Positions 1-13,700 of a stretch of 64,000 bases of DNA are shown piece by piece. Below the pieces are notes generated by a model. The model worked only from the letters and a program-made list of their open reading frames with translations. It was not told where the DNA came from and did not search any database. The stretch's first letter is position 1; each line of letters starts with the position of its first letter. Source of the DNA: Sphyrna mokarran (Eukaryota); contig JAGIQG010000013.1 in the NCBI GenBank assembly GCA_024679065.1, positions 36,270,001-36,334,000 of the forward strand. Reading direction: 5' to 3'. The position numbers and the translations under genes are program-made.

Positions 1-176
1 GGTCATACCTTGCAAATATCCTGAGTGTTGTAATGCCAGTTAATGCTCCAGTTACCACTGCACATTTCAATAAATAAGCTGCATATATACACTGATAAAT
101 TGGGAAAAAATACATAAAGTGCTGCTATTGCATTTTCATTGAATAGTGGACTGACTTATAAAACATTCCAGGAGCA

Positions 177-263
177 TTATTTGATCAATGTGGTTTTTTC
201 ATCAGCATCATCATCTTCTTCACTCGTATTATTAACATTCTCTGCATGATTTGTATCACTTGC
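177..263 (-). CDS. slc22a15: slc22a15 last coding exon (87 nt): [28 protein letters not shown]
   Basis: Polypyrimidine tract then tag|GCA; TAA at 179-177; acidic tail resembles the SLC22A15 C-terminus (DADEETQMIK, recalled). Confidence 0.85.
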   Translation of the reverse strand, partial: ASDTNHAENVNNTSEEDDDADEKTTLIK

Positions 264-3200
264 CTAAAAATAAATAAAAAGATAAGTTGCACTCATGTGG
301 AGCAAAGGTAACTTTCAGAATCTTTTCTATCAAAAAATCAAGATGCCATCTTTTCTTTGTTTTAGACAATAGTGGAGTTAAGAACAACTACAACTGGTCA
401 GTTCACAGAGAAAGTTGGCTTATATAAGGGAGTGTGGTGCCCTTAGATCCACAGATAATCTGCAATCCACTGTGAAATGTTAATGCACGCTTGCATCCAA
501 GCACAACGGTTATTCCATATTTTATTTTTCCAGGTAGTAAAGATGTATTCCAAGTTGTACTTAATTTTCTTCCAGAAATTAACAAAAATAACATTCACTC
601 TTTTCCTCCTTTTGTTCAACTTCTAAGGCATTCTTTCTTTTTAAAAAATTGTCTCATTTGACCTGCAACATTGGCTGTGCTTTTCTCCACTGATTGTGCC
701 TTAGTATTTCAAGTAATTTTTATTTTAATTTCAATTTTGAGTATCTGCAGCATTTAGTTTTTGTATCCATTTTGTTCCCTTTTTCTTTGCTTATATCTAT
801 TCCACTCCCTCTGTTCACTAAATTTTGGCAAAGTCAATCATCATTCCCTCAGAATAAAAATTGTTGCATCAACAGGTTCTAGTTCTGTTTTCACCACAAT
901 TACATCTGCTGGCATTTGATCACCAACCATTAAGTTTGATTAGGTCTATGCTAGCTTTCCACTTAGTGATAAGAGTATGTACTTTTGTTGCATTTAAACT
1001 TTGAGAAATTGAAGCCTTGTACTTCAAAAACATCTAACTAGATGATTTCTAGAATGTTTGGAAAAGCCTATCATTTCTGGGTTTTGTTTCAAATGGACCA
1101 ACTCAACACTAAGGACGGTGCTTAAAATTTTAAATTGCAAATATGCAAGATACCCAATTTTAAAGAAAATCATAACTGATTTACAAGGCAAACGTATATT
1201 TTGAATATGATTTGACCTAAACAGCTTGGACTTACTATTTTGCAATCAGAATGCAGTCATTATATTATAATATATAAAGATAGTCAGATTATTTTATCAG
1301 AATATCATAGCAGATAATTGTCAGATTATTCCATTGTGGATTACAATATAACTGAATAATCATCTAAGATTGATCACTGGACATACAAAAAATACAATGC
1401 TTCATAAGTCAACCAAAGGTATGTAGAGATTTAAGTTTGAAACATTTCCACATTCTCAGTTATCTTTCTGAGAAATAAAATTTACGTCACAGGACCAGTG
1501 TTGGAAGAAGTTCAGTACATCCACATTAAACATATCACATTTGACGTCAGTGTTTAAATTACTAGTTAATTATACAGGTGGCCTATTTCATTTGAAAAAA
1601 ATTGAAAAATCCCACACTATAGCTGAAGAGTGATCACAATTCACAAGTCAATCTATAGAGGAAAGAGATGAAGTTGAATTTGCATTATTTGATATTGACC
1701 CTTTCATTTTTAATGGAAATCCTTGCTGCAGAAGTGGGGGTTATGGTGATAATCGCATTCCTGTTCAGTAATAAGTGACAAAATTATGCTTTCAATACAA
1801 TGGAAGGATATTACCCACACCGAAATGCCATTAATTTTGTCACCTCACAAACACATGTTATATATATCTCCTCCTCTCATCAGTCACTCCATGGTATAAT
1901 TAATTGGAAAGACTACTTGTTCCAGAATTGCTCAATTCAATATGGAATGGCATTTTTTCCACAATTTGAAGTTCTCAAACATTAATAGGATCTTGTATGT
2001 TTCTCTTATGTGGACCATGAATTGGATTCGATCTGATCTTGAATTTAGTTTTTGGAGCAAACACGATGAATTTGGGTCTGTCTGATCCACAATGTAACTT
2101 TAAGGATGGAGTAAAAAAAACACTAATAGTCCTCGTTACCAACTCAATATGTAACATTACAAAGTGTTTTGGGGACATGTAATTCTAAAATATTGAGAAT
2201 GTTTGTCAGCTGGTCCAGAAAGCTGCTTCCTATCAAAATGTTTGGAGACATTTTGGGGTCAGGTAATCCCTTTTCATTACTAATGCTACCAGGCTCATTA
2301 GTGAAAAATAGATTGAAGACAAAGTTGATTACGAGCATCAAAATAAAAACGTCAACATTAGTTTGACATAAGGAATAATACTTAGAGATACTGAAAAGTA
2401 AATAAATCTACCAGGAAATACTGCTGCAGCCTTTATCCCACATTTGTTACGTAGATGCCCATCATTGCAACAGCACAGCAACTATGGATCAGGTTTTTCG
2501 TAATTAGGGATTTATCAAACTGCCTAGTTCACTCAAAATTAGAATTTCTGTCATGAGTTTAAACAGATTACAACTATTAAAATAATGCATGTTTTTTCAT
2601 ATAAATTATGTACCATTTTATTTTCCTCTGGCTTCTGCGAGGCTACGTCTTCTGTAAGTGGGTGATATGCAATAATGTGCAGGTCAGCGAGACTGTCTGG
2701 AAGAATTTCATTCAATGTTTCTGGCAGCAACAAACTAAGGATTCCTGCTAGCAGTCCAGTGATTCCAAACACCACAAAATGCAATGACCGATGAATAGAT
2801 TTCTGACAAGAGTAGTAAAGAGGATTAGTTTTTCAATGATATATGAATGACATTAGGCTGAGAAGATATAAATGGCTTGGATACTACTCAGACATTAAAC
2901 ATTGTAACCATATAAAATATTTAAGTAAATACATTCCCACACTAAATAGCTTTTAATAACTGAATTTTTCTCACCAGCCTGTCTCCAGGATGCAGTGTCC
3001 CACTTATACCACATGATAAAACAGTCCTCTAGATGACTGATCAATCTGGATCACATTTTGAAGCTTTACTGAGAGTATAGATTCAGGAAAAACTTCTGTT
3101 TACTATTGGGGTGCATTTCCATGGGTATCAGGAAGTTTCTGGTGTCTTGCCCAAATAACTATTCTCTATTGCTGATCTCTGCTATTGCCAGCAGACTATT

Positions 3201-6200
3201 TATGAAAATTAATTAAGCCCATTGCAGGAGGAAAAATGGCAACTGGACTCACTAAATCATATAGGAGACCATGAATTAGTCTGCTTGCAATGGGAATAAT
3301 CTCCCACAATTAAGTTGGACATGGGAAGAGGCTGACGTATGCAATTCATCCACTCACGACAGGATGTCAATTAGACTGTAAACACGAGCCAACTGACACC
3401 AGTTATCTGAGGCTTCCAGCATTTAGTGATGCCTCAAGAGATTAAACAGAAGTCAAATAGCTTTCTCATGCTTCCTGATGACTGCCCAGCAAATCCAATC
3501 AGGTTTGCCCACATTCTTTTTTGCAGGTTGCTCGTTCATAGATATACACGGGTCCCTCATTTGTAAGCCCCCTCTGCTCGGTTGAGGTAGTTGGCTTTGC
3601 AAAGTACTGAAGTATTGGAAACCAACAGCAGCCACATCCCCCTCAAAACACCCCCCCCCCCCCACTGCCCCCGCCTCTGAAAGATCCCCAAGCTCCCTCT
3701 CCACAATCCATATTTCATCCCATTCATCTATAAACAGGGATCCATCAATGATCTCTGGTGAAGTCCTTGGAGCATAACCAGTAGCAGCCACTGCTCTTTA
3801 TGTTGCTGCTTACAGTGCAGAGCTGCCAGCCATTGATTGCTGGCAGCACTTGGAGCTGTCCTAAACCCCAGGGAAGGCCCAACACTGGCCAGTTAAGTAC
3901 CAGACAGGCACTTAATTTTGTTGGGCCTCCCACAAGAAGCAAAGTGGGATTCCCTCTAATATACCAATCTGTGGATGAGACCCACGTTAAGTGCGACCTG
4001 TATATCTGGGGCCAGGGAAGAATGAAACAGTAGTTGAGCCCAATCTCGTCCCTTTAAAAGTATATTTTATAAAGATGAGAGTCACTTGATAACAATTGAC
4101 AACAGATTCCTTGCTGATTTTCCAAAGAGGTACTTTGGTAAATCAAATAACTATACTACCTTTCCAATCAGAGTTCAACTAATTTAGTAAAGACCATGAT
4201 CTAGGTCACAGTCATCCTGTAATCATTTATTTAATGGTGATCAAGAATTTAAAACTAAGCCTTCAAAAGACAAATAATGAGTACAGCATAAGGAATGGAG
4301 TCACTTAATATTACCCATGTTTAAAGAAATATTACAAATTGGACTATTTCTCATTACTATTTATTAATAACTTTTCAAAGTTTAGCTTCCGTAGGCAAGT
4401 GTACACATTCTACAAACCAAAATTGTATACCTTTCTGCTTTATTTGCAAAATCTTTTAGACAACTGAATCATGTTGTGGGATTTGCATTGGAAGTACAAT
4501 GAGATGCTATTGTACATTTCTGCCCACTATTGTAAGAAATAAATTTATTCAGATAAATTTCCTTGCCAGATATCTGTCAGCATGTGAAATGCACAAGGAG
4601 GTTTAGGGACAGGGCAGGGGGAAGAGAGAGAAGAGGCAGGCAGAGGTCAACTGTGGGGGGAAGAGGGAGACACTGGAGGTAGAGTAGAGGCATGGAGACA
4701 GAGGGAGGGTGGAAACACAGCAGCAGACAAAAGGATGGAAGGAAGCAGGTGTCCAGTCGGGTCGCTTCAGGGGGGTGGAATGTCGTGGATGGGAGATTAG
4801 TTGGGCCTCGCAGTCATCTCATTAGGTGCCCGCTTGGTCTTTATAATAGTTACACAGAAGTTAAGAGGTTTTTATACAGTCGAAGCCAACCAACATTTGC
4901 AATTTAAATCACATTTTCCAATGATTCCCAGTGCAGAGGGAGTTTGTCTTAATGGATTTGCCATGCAAACCCTTACCTGGGAACTTGTAAAGAGGTTTAC
5001 CAATGCATCTTTGGGGTATCCCCCAAAACCAACACTGGGGAACTTGGAAGGTTTTAGGACCCTACTTTAAACTTGGCTCCTTAACTATTTACTCCATTCC
5101 TCTACATGGCAGCCAATTTGTTCACAATCTTGATGTCAATTTGACCCTGAGCTAAACTTTTGATTTCATATTCCCAACATCATTGAGATTGCCTATCTGC
5201 ATCTCTAATATCACCTGATTTCACTCATCCCAGCTCATCTATGCTAAATCCCTCATGTATGCCTTTGTTCCTTCTAGACTCTACTATTCCAAATGCACTG
5301 CCACATTTCACTTTATGTAAACTTGGGGTCATCCAAAATTCTGCTGCTCATGATTCAACTTGAATCAAGTCAAAGTGGCAGCATGGTGGCACAGTGATTA
5401 GCACTGCTGCCTCAGTGCCAAGGACCTGGGTTAAATTCTCAGTTTGAGTCACTGTGTGGAGTTTACACGTTTTCCGATGTCTGCATGGGTTTCCACTAAG
5501 TGCTCTAGTTTCCTCCCACAGTCCAAATACGTGCAGGTTAGGTTGATTGACTACACTAAATTGACCCTTGTGTTAGTGTGCGAGTGGGTAGAGTAAGGGG
5601 AATAGGGCCTGGGTGAGGTGTGATCAGTAAAGGCTCAGTAGGCCAAATGGCTGTCTTCTGTACCGTAGGGATTGTATGATTCCATGGAGACCCTACGTTT
5701 CTCGTGTTCTGTGACTTCAGTGCATTGCCTTATGATCAAGTAACATTTTGATTTTTAGAGTTCTTCACCTTGTTTTCCATCCCTCCCTGGCATCACCCAT
5801 TTTATCTTTGTAATCTCCTCCAGTCCCAAAATCCTTAAAGTTATCTGCATTTCTCTAATTTTGGCATTTTGTGCATCCCAATTATAATAGCTTCATAACT
5901 GGTGGCAATGCCTTCAATTGCCAGGCAGCAAACTTTGAAATGCCTGCCCTACTCCTCCATGTGCCTCTACCACATTTCCCTCCTTTAAGACGCTCCTTAA
6001 AAAAACTACCTCTTTGACCAAGTTTTTGATGATCAGATTTAATGCCTCTTTACATGCCTCAATATTACACTTTGATTTACAATGTTCCTGAAAAATACCT
6101 TAGAATGTTAAATAGTGCTCTTACAAATGTGAATTGTTGTTATAATAACCAATGCACTCCAGTCCATCCAGTGTCCATCAATCACACATAGACCCAAGCA

Positions 6201-7688
6201 TATCAAGAGACACAACATGCACCATCTCCAGTGACATCCAGGAGTGAGTAAAACCATAGAGGAAAGGCAGGTATTGGGTCAAATGATCTCCTCAGTTATA
6301 TGCTGCTTGCCTCTTGATGGCCAGGACCAAAAGCAGTCTGATGAGGTAGTCCTCTGATCTGCCCAATCTCAGCTGCATGGGGAGGCGAAAGACCAGAATC
6401 ACAGAACTGAAGTACAGACAAAAATTGAGAAGCCATGCCATCAAAGTGATGAAATAGGAGCAATAACTTCACATACACCCTGTAGACACAAAACATTGTG
6501 CCCTCCAGGGCACAGAAATTAAAGACCATCCAGGAAACTATGAATTGACTCAAATACTTATTACATACGACTATGCTGTACAACACGCTCCTTGCCAAAT
6601 GAATAGGAAAAGGAATGACTGCTGCATAGTCATCCCTGAGGCCTTCTTGCTCCTCCGTTGGCAGGAAGGTGCATCACATTGTATCCTAACATCAGCCAGG
6701 GGTAAGGAAGTTGAGTATGAACAGAAGCAGCTAATACAGAAAACCTCTCTGTAAGGAATCAAAAGAAGAAATTTGAGAGTTGGCTCAAGTTGTGAGACAA
6801 TGAGGCACGAAGATGATTTTGATACGAGCTGTAAATTCTATTAAGATTAGAATTTAATACTTAGCTTTTAGGTGCATTAATCTATTTCTGAAGTCTAACA
6901 CAACAAATCATTTCAAAATTCTTAAGTCTGCATCAAAGCAGCGATGCACAGATAACCTGTATTCCCCTAAGGAAGAAAGCACTACCACCCGTTATCCATG
7001 TAGCCTGATCTTCGTTAATGATATTGATGGAAACATCCATGTGAATTGCGCAGATAGTGGCCAGTGATATTCTATACCCTGAGAATGTATGTACTCTGCA
7101 TAGTGACACATGAACAAATTCTTCCCTCCCATTCTTTAACTGAGATGATTTGCTAAATATGAGCTCAACTCACAATGAGCTTCATGCTTGCTAGTGTGGT
7201 GTGGACTTAAAACAATTGAAGCATATAAAATAAAGCAATTCTCAGTAGCAGCTATCTTTATTCCCAGTCTGATCTTCCCCTGGACGCAGAATGATCAATC
7301 AAAACTGACAAAGCAAAAGATGCTAATGGATTATTGTCACTCACCATTTAGGGTACTAAAGAAATCCTATCACTGTCACAACAGGCAGCATTTTCTGTGC
7401 AATCCACCACATGCTTTATGGACACAGCCCACCCTTGGCTGGGAGCAAGATCTTGTGGTCCCACAGTTGACAACAGGGTTTCCTATCGAATGTATCTCTC
7501 GCTGCAATGAAATCTGTGGCGAGGTTGCAGTTCTGACAACAAATATGGGAGGGACAATTTTTCCAAAAGTGCCAAATTGGTGGGAAAACTTGTCTCAATT
7601 ATGACTGCTTCTTCAGTGCAACTTCAGGCCTGAATCTTCCCACACTGTGAAATGCTAAGGTCACAATCGAGAATATCATTAAAAACCT

Positions 7689-7730
<42 letters not shown>

Positions 7731-10700
7731 TGGAGCAGAGCGGAGCCTTTCATGCCAGAGACTAACAGTTCTAGAACTCTGCACATGTGCAGAGGCCCCA
7801 ATCTGTCAGTCTCCCCATTCGGTAGTTAGTTCAATCATGACCACCCCAGGACTCTGCAGTGCTGCCCCTCCATCCCTCACTATGGCAGACTTTGTTCCCT
7901 CCAACCCTCTGGACAGGGGACAGGCAGATCACCCCCCCCCCCCCCCCCCCCAGCCCTTCCTGATCACTGGACTTCCTCTAGCCCAGACCAATCCCCATGC
8001 AGAGAGGCAGTGGGATCCCTCATCGATCATCTCTTAGGATGCAACTATAATTGACCCCACACCCTTGGCACTGCCTAATACCCAATGGGCAATGCCAATG
8101 TGACTCCTGAGCACAGGCACTTTACTCCTTAGGCTGGTACTAACAGGGTGCCCATGCTCTGGAGTACCACCTCTGCTGCCCAGCCCTGAGGGGCCCCCGA
8201 TTGCCCTCCAGCAGGATCTCCCACTAGTTCCTCGAATGTGGGGAGCTACTCTAAATCCCACCAGAGTGAAGTACTCTTGGTGGGGTGGGAGATGCTATCA
8301 GGCCCAGCAAGTTCCGTGTTGGGCCCAATAATGACATTTAAACTACATTTAAAATATATTTAAAACAAACTAAAATCACTTACATAGAACATTACAGCAC
8401 AGAACAGGCCCTTCGGCCTTCGATGTTGCGCCGACCAATATAAAAAGCAATGCCCCTCCAAACTAAACCATTCCCTTCTCTTCCATATACTTATCAACTA
8501 ACCTCTTAAACGCCACCAAACTTGGCGCATCTACAACTGCTGCAGGCAGGGCATTCCACTCTCTAACCACCCTTTGGGTAAAGAACCTACCTCTGATATC
8601 CGTCCTATAACTATCACCCCTTAATTTATAGCTGTGTCCCCTCGTGCTAGCTTTCTCCATCCTAGGAAAAAGGCTATCACTGTCCACCCTATCTAAACCT
8701 CTAATCATCTTATATGTTTCGATAAGGTCCCATCTTAGCCGCCTCCTTTCTAACGAAAACAACCTCAAATCCCTCAGCCTCTCTTCATAAGACCTGCCCT
8801 CCATACCAGGCAACATCCTGGTAAACCTCCTCTGTACCCTCTCCAATGCCTCCACATCTTTCTTATAATGTGGGGACCAGAACTGCACACAATACTCCAA
8901 GTGCGGCCGCACTAGAGTTTTGTACAGTTGCAACATGACGTTGCGGCTCCGAAATTCAATCCCCCTACCAATAAAAGCTAAGACTCCATATGCCTTCTTA
9001 ACAACCTTCTCGACTTGACTGCCTACTTTCAGGGATCTATGCACATATACACCAAGATCCCTCTGTTCATCAAGACTACTAAGAATCCTACCATTAGCCC
9101 TATACTCTACACATTTATTATTCCTGCCATAGTGCATTACCTCACACTTTTCCACATTAAACTCCATTTGCCACCTCTCGGCCCAGCTCTGCAACTTGTC
9201 CAAGTCTCTCTGCAAACTATAACACCCCTCTTCACTATCTACCACTCCACCGACTTTAGTGTCATCTGCAAATTTACTAATCCATCCTTCAATACCCTCA
9301 TCCAGATCATTTATAAAAATTACAAACAGCAGGGGCCCCAAAACAGACCCCTGAGGTACACCACTTGTCACCGAACTCCACGATGAATATCTCCCATCAA
9401 CCACACCCTCTGTCTTCTATCTGCTAGCCAATTCCTAACCCAATTAGCTAAATCACCCTCTATCCCATACATCTGCATTTTCTGCAGAAGTCTTCCATGG
9501 GCCACCTTATCAAACGCCTTACTAAAGTCCATATATACCACATCAACCGCCTTACCCCCATCCACCTCTTTGGTCACTTTTTCAAAAAACTCAATGAGGT
9601 TAGTAAGGCACGACCTACCCTTCACAAAACCATGCTGACTATCCCCAATCAATTCATTTCTCTCTAAATAACTATAAATCCTATCCCTAATAATTCTCTC
9701 CAATACTTTGCCCACAACAGAAGTAAGACTCACTGGCCTATAATTCCCTGGAAGGTCTCTCTTCCCCTTCTTGAACAATGGGACCACATTCGCTATCCTC
9801 CAGTCCTCCGGAACCACACCCGTAACCAACGACGACCTGAAGATCAGAGCCAGAGGCTCTGCAATCTCCTCTCTTGCCTCCCAGAGAATCCTAGGGTAAA
9901 TCCCGTCCGGCCCAGGGGACTTATCCAACTTCAAACCCTCGAGAATATCTAGCACATCCTCCCTATCTACTTCGATACCTTCCAGTTTGCTACCCTGTAC
10001 CTCAGTGTTCTCCATAACTACATTTACATCACCCTGCGTGAATACCGAAGAGAAATATTTATTCAGTGCCTCTCCAATCTCTTCAGGCTCCACGCACAAC
10101 TTCCCACTGCTGTCTATGACTGGCCCTAATCTTGCCCTAACCAATCTTCTATTCTTAACATATCTAAAGAAAGCTTTAGGATTCTCCTTAATCCTATCAG
10201 CCAAAGTCTTCTCGTGTCCCCTCTTAGCTCTCCTCAATTCACTCTTTAGCTCCCTCCTAGCTAATCTATAGCTATCCATTGCACTAACTGAGCCTTCAAG
10301 CCTCATCCTGACATAAGCCTCCTTTTTCCTTTTAACCAGCAAATCAACTTTTTTCGTACACCAAGGTTCTCTTACTCGACCATTTCCTCCTTGCCTGACA
10401 GGGACATACTTATCAAGGACTCGCAGCAGCTGCTCCTTGAATAAGCTCCACATTCCAGATGTTCCCAGTCCCTGTAGTTTCCTAGTCCAATCTATGCACC
10501 CTAATTCTCTCTTGATGGCCTCAATTACCCTTCCCACCCTCATAATTACCCTTACCTCTCTTCCCACCGGTTTCCAGCATGGTCCCAAATGCACCTGCTC
10601 CCCGACTGTGGGAGGCATGCATGCATGCATCGGAAACATGTGCGAATCCCATGAAATAGCCAACATGTGATTCTCCCTACCGGACCTGCCAGAAAATTTG

Positions 10701-13700
10701 TGGTCACGTTGGGACAATCACCCCCATGGTTTCTTCATCGGTGTGTTTATTTAATTAGCAGTTCAAACAAACTGGCCTAACTTTGCCGCAGTTTTACCCT
10801 GTACATAGGTAGTGGTCGCATCAGGATAGTTAGTTTCTATTCTTGGACATAAAAATCATCACAGTATGCTCTTTCCATATTTAAAAATCAAACAACAGAG
10901 CCACAGGGAAGTATAATTGGTTGAATTTGAAACAGGATGGATCCTAAACCTGCTGTAGGAAATATGAAATCTGTTCCCTCCATGTCAATTAGATGCAAAT
11001 GCTCCTGACAATGCTAAAACACAATTAAAATAAAGTAACAGAATTTTTCAGAATGGCAGTAGAAAGACATCTAAATTTTAACAAGATCAAAAATAGAATT
11101 AAAGGGGAGTTTAGAAAATTATCTTTACGTAGAGGCTTGTTAGAATTTGAAATTCTCTGCCTCAAACCATCGTTTAAACAGATGATTATATAGTCACATT
11201 ATAAGGAAAAACAATAAAAAGCATATTGGAAGCAAGTAAGAGAGAGGAATTAAATTAGGTAGTTCATGGAATAAAAACGGCACAAACAATGTACTGCTTT
11301 AAGCTGCACATTCGATAATGGCAAATTTGACTCAACATAAAGATTCCGTCAAAAATGATAGACGATACATGCAGTTGATAAGTGAAGTTTTAGCAGGCTC
11401 CCTGCTGGGCGCCATGGACTTCCCAGATCTCTGGAATTCCAGAGTTATCAGCTCTGTGTTAATTTGCAGCACAAAGCTGATTGGAGTATTTAAATCCCAA
11501 TTTAAATCTGATTAGTGGGCTACTCTGGAATCGCTAGCCTCTTCTCATTCTTTCTCCCATCGATCTCCGCTCTGACAGATGGGCACATGCGCAGTGGCTC
11601 GCTTAGCACTATGCTGCCAGTCTCTTCAGTGGGAATAGGCCCCATCCCCAGATTTTTATCATGATTTACATTAGGGTACTCTGAAGCACACGGTGTGGTA
11701 GATTAATTACGAAAATCTTACTGAAAAAAGACACAGGATTTACTCCAGTTGTTATGCAAATTCAGCACTTAGAATTTTTTTTGCGAGAATCCCTGTCCAA
11801 ATCGATGGTTCAGAAGTATTATTGTTTTAGATATCTATTATTGCTCTATTCTAAAATTATTTATTAGAATTAATAAAAAATGCCTTTTATAGAAACAAGG
11901 GACACTGACCAACCTGTATTTACTCGTATTCAAGTGAGTAGCTGTTAAAGGTATCAAGTATTAAATGCTTTGGAGATGTTTTTTCTATTGCACATTTAAT
12001 TAACATCTTGTGGTTATAAACAAAATTAATAATGAGGGAATTCAGAATAAATTTCATCCAACTCAATAAGATATGTATGGAAATAATTTCATGTTTGGAT
12101 AATTTACAACATGAAATCAAATTATCCCATTAAGTTTCAAATATAAATTAGAATTTTTAGTGAAAATATTTAGAACACATTCTTTCATTGATATGTCTCT
12201 CATCAGCCACCCCTCTTTAATACAAGACTTGAGCCTCCGATTCAAGGCCAGCATTGTTTCACTCTTTTCCCAAATATAATACAATATCTAAAGCTAATAT
12301 CTAATAAGAAAAAAGTCTCTCTGCCTGTTCTAAACTTGTGGTTATAATAGCTTTACGAAGATACGAGGCTTCTGTCATTCAATTTTTTTTTTGAGGTGGC
12401 TAAGCAAAACATACTTCTATTTTCTATCAGTGCAAGATCACTATCATCTGGACAGTTTTTTTTGATTTAATGCCAGTTATTAATACAAGGCCAACATATT
12501 AGCAGCCAGGATCACCTGTCAACATTTCCCTTGTTCCATCTCAATTCAACAAACTCCTGTAAGCTCATAAACAACAGGGAGTCTAAGTGGATCACTGGCG
12601 AGATCTTTGGTTTTCACCTAGCAAATTAACTTAACTGGCAATGTAATTGGCCACCAAGTGGGGCCACAGTTTGAAATATTTTTGATTCAAATCTGCACTG
12701 GCAGTTCTAATCTGTTCTCTCAGAAATATGCCAAGAGTTTGCAGTACTGAGGAAATCTTCATAGTGACAATTTCAGAGATTAGTTATCCTTAACGCATGT
12801 GCTTCTTACAGAATTTATATTCACACCTATATGACATCACAAAGTAGTTGTTCCTGGACCAAACTATTTTTACATACAATGGGAACATGAAGTCAAAAAA
12901 TGTTTGTATTACATTCAAGAAATTTTTAACTACAGATCATTTTTCCTTATTGCTATATCTAGAAGCCTCACCAATTTATTATGGTCTATTGGGCCAAATG
13001 GACTGAAACTGCTATAAATGACTCTTTAACAAGATAAATAAATGAATGCCTCTACAAGTTTTTCCTCAGTTTTTTTTTTAAGAAGCATGAAAAGTGGGTG
13101 TTGTTTAGTAACACAAGTATAAAATAACTTAAACCAAACACTGAAATTATTTGCAACATCTTAATTACTCAAAATAGCGTAAAATATATTAGCCCAATTT
13201 TGCAATCATAGAATCAGCACTAAAATCTATCCCCAAATAAAAACTGCCCACAAAGATTTAGTGGAGTTGCAAGTTAAGATTTCCCCTTTTCTGACATCAG
13301 TGTCAAGTCCCTCCTCCAGAGGAACTTGGTAGAGTAACAGAGCATGCAATAGACAAACTGATCAGCCAACCTTGAGATTGGCTGATCAGAAAATTCTCAA
13401 GAGAGCAAAGCAGCAAATAAAAAGCAGGAAGTATAAACCATATTTAAATCAATGCACAGAAATCAAAATAAAGAATGAGGAAATCGCACAGGATTGAGGT
13501 TGAAATATAAATACCAAAACGAACATAAACATTAAAAAGAAACTGCCATTTTTTAATATATTTATCTGAGGAAATGAGATCCCATTCTTGTAGCTTTTCA
13601 GGGTCAGCCAGTTGGTTCAGCAGTAATTATGACTTAGTTACGCTGTTAACTACCTTGACTCAACTAAGCTTAACTTTATCTTGCTTCTTTCAGCAGGATT

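Larger units (their letters stand above)
7626..10727 (+). mobile_element. Harbinger-like MITE (7626-8383 and 10551-10727), split by a CR1 insertion
   Basis: Shares internal blocks with the copies at 11370, 18674, 44620 and 47445 (tgcacatgtgc...caatctgtcag; gagtgaa.tactc; atatttaaa). Ends: ggcctgaatcttccc / gggacaatcacccc. Confidence 0.6.

Noticed and set aside
69-74. AATAAA near the gene end
   Set aside because: It is on the plus strand, whereas the gene is on the minus strand; its poly(A) site lies outside the window.
2551-2613. Alternative C-terminus by read-through of the exon 11 donor (VHNLYEK...LNS*)
   Set aside because: A downstream exon with the conserved acidic tail exists, and there is no evidence of intron retention.
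5376-5450. tRNA genes at SINE heads
   Set aside because: They have A/B-box-like sequence but no cloverleaf, and they continue into a SINE body.
6338-6362. CTGATGAG motif
   Set aside because: No downstream GAAA box or flanking helices.
10551-10717. N-terminal part of ORF 9368..10717 as a real protein start
   Set aside because: CR1 homology stops near 10525; the rest is read-through into the host MITE.
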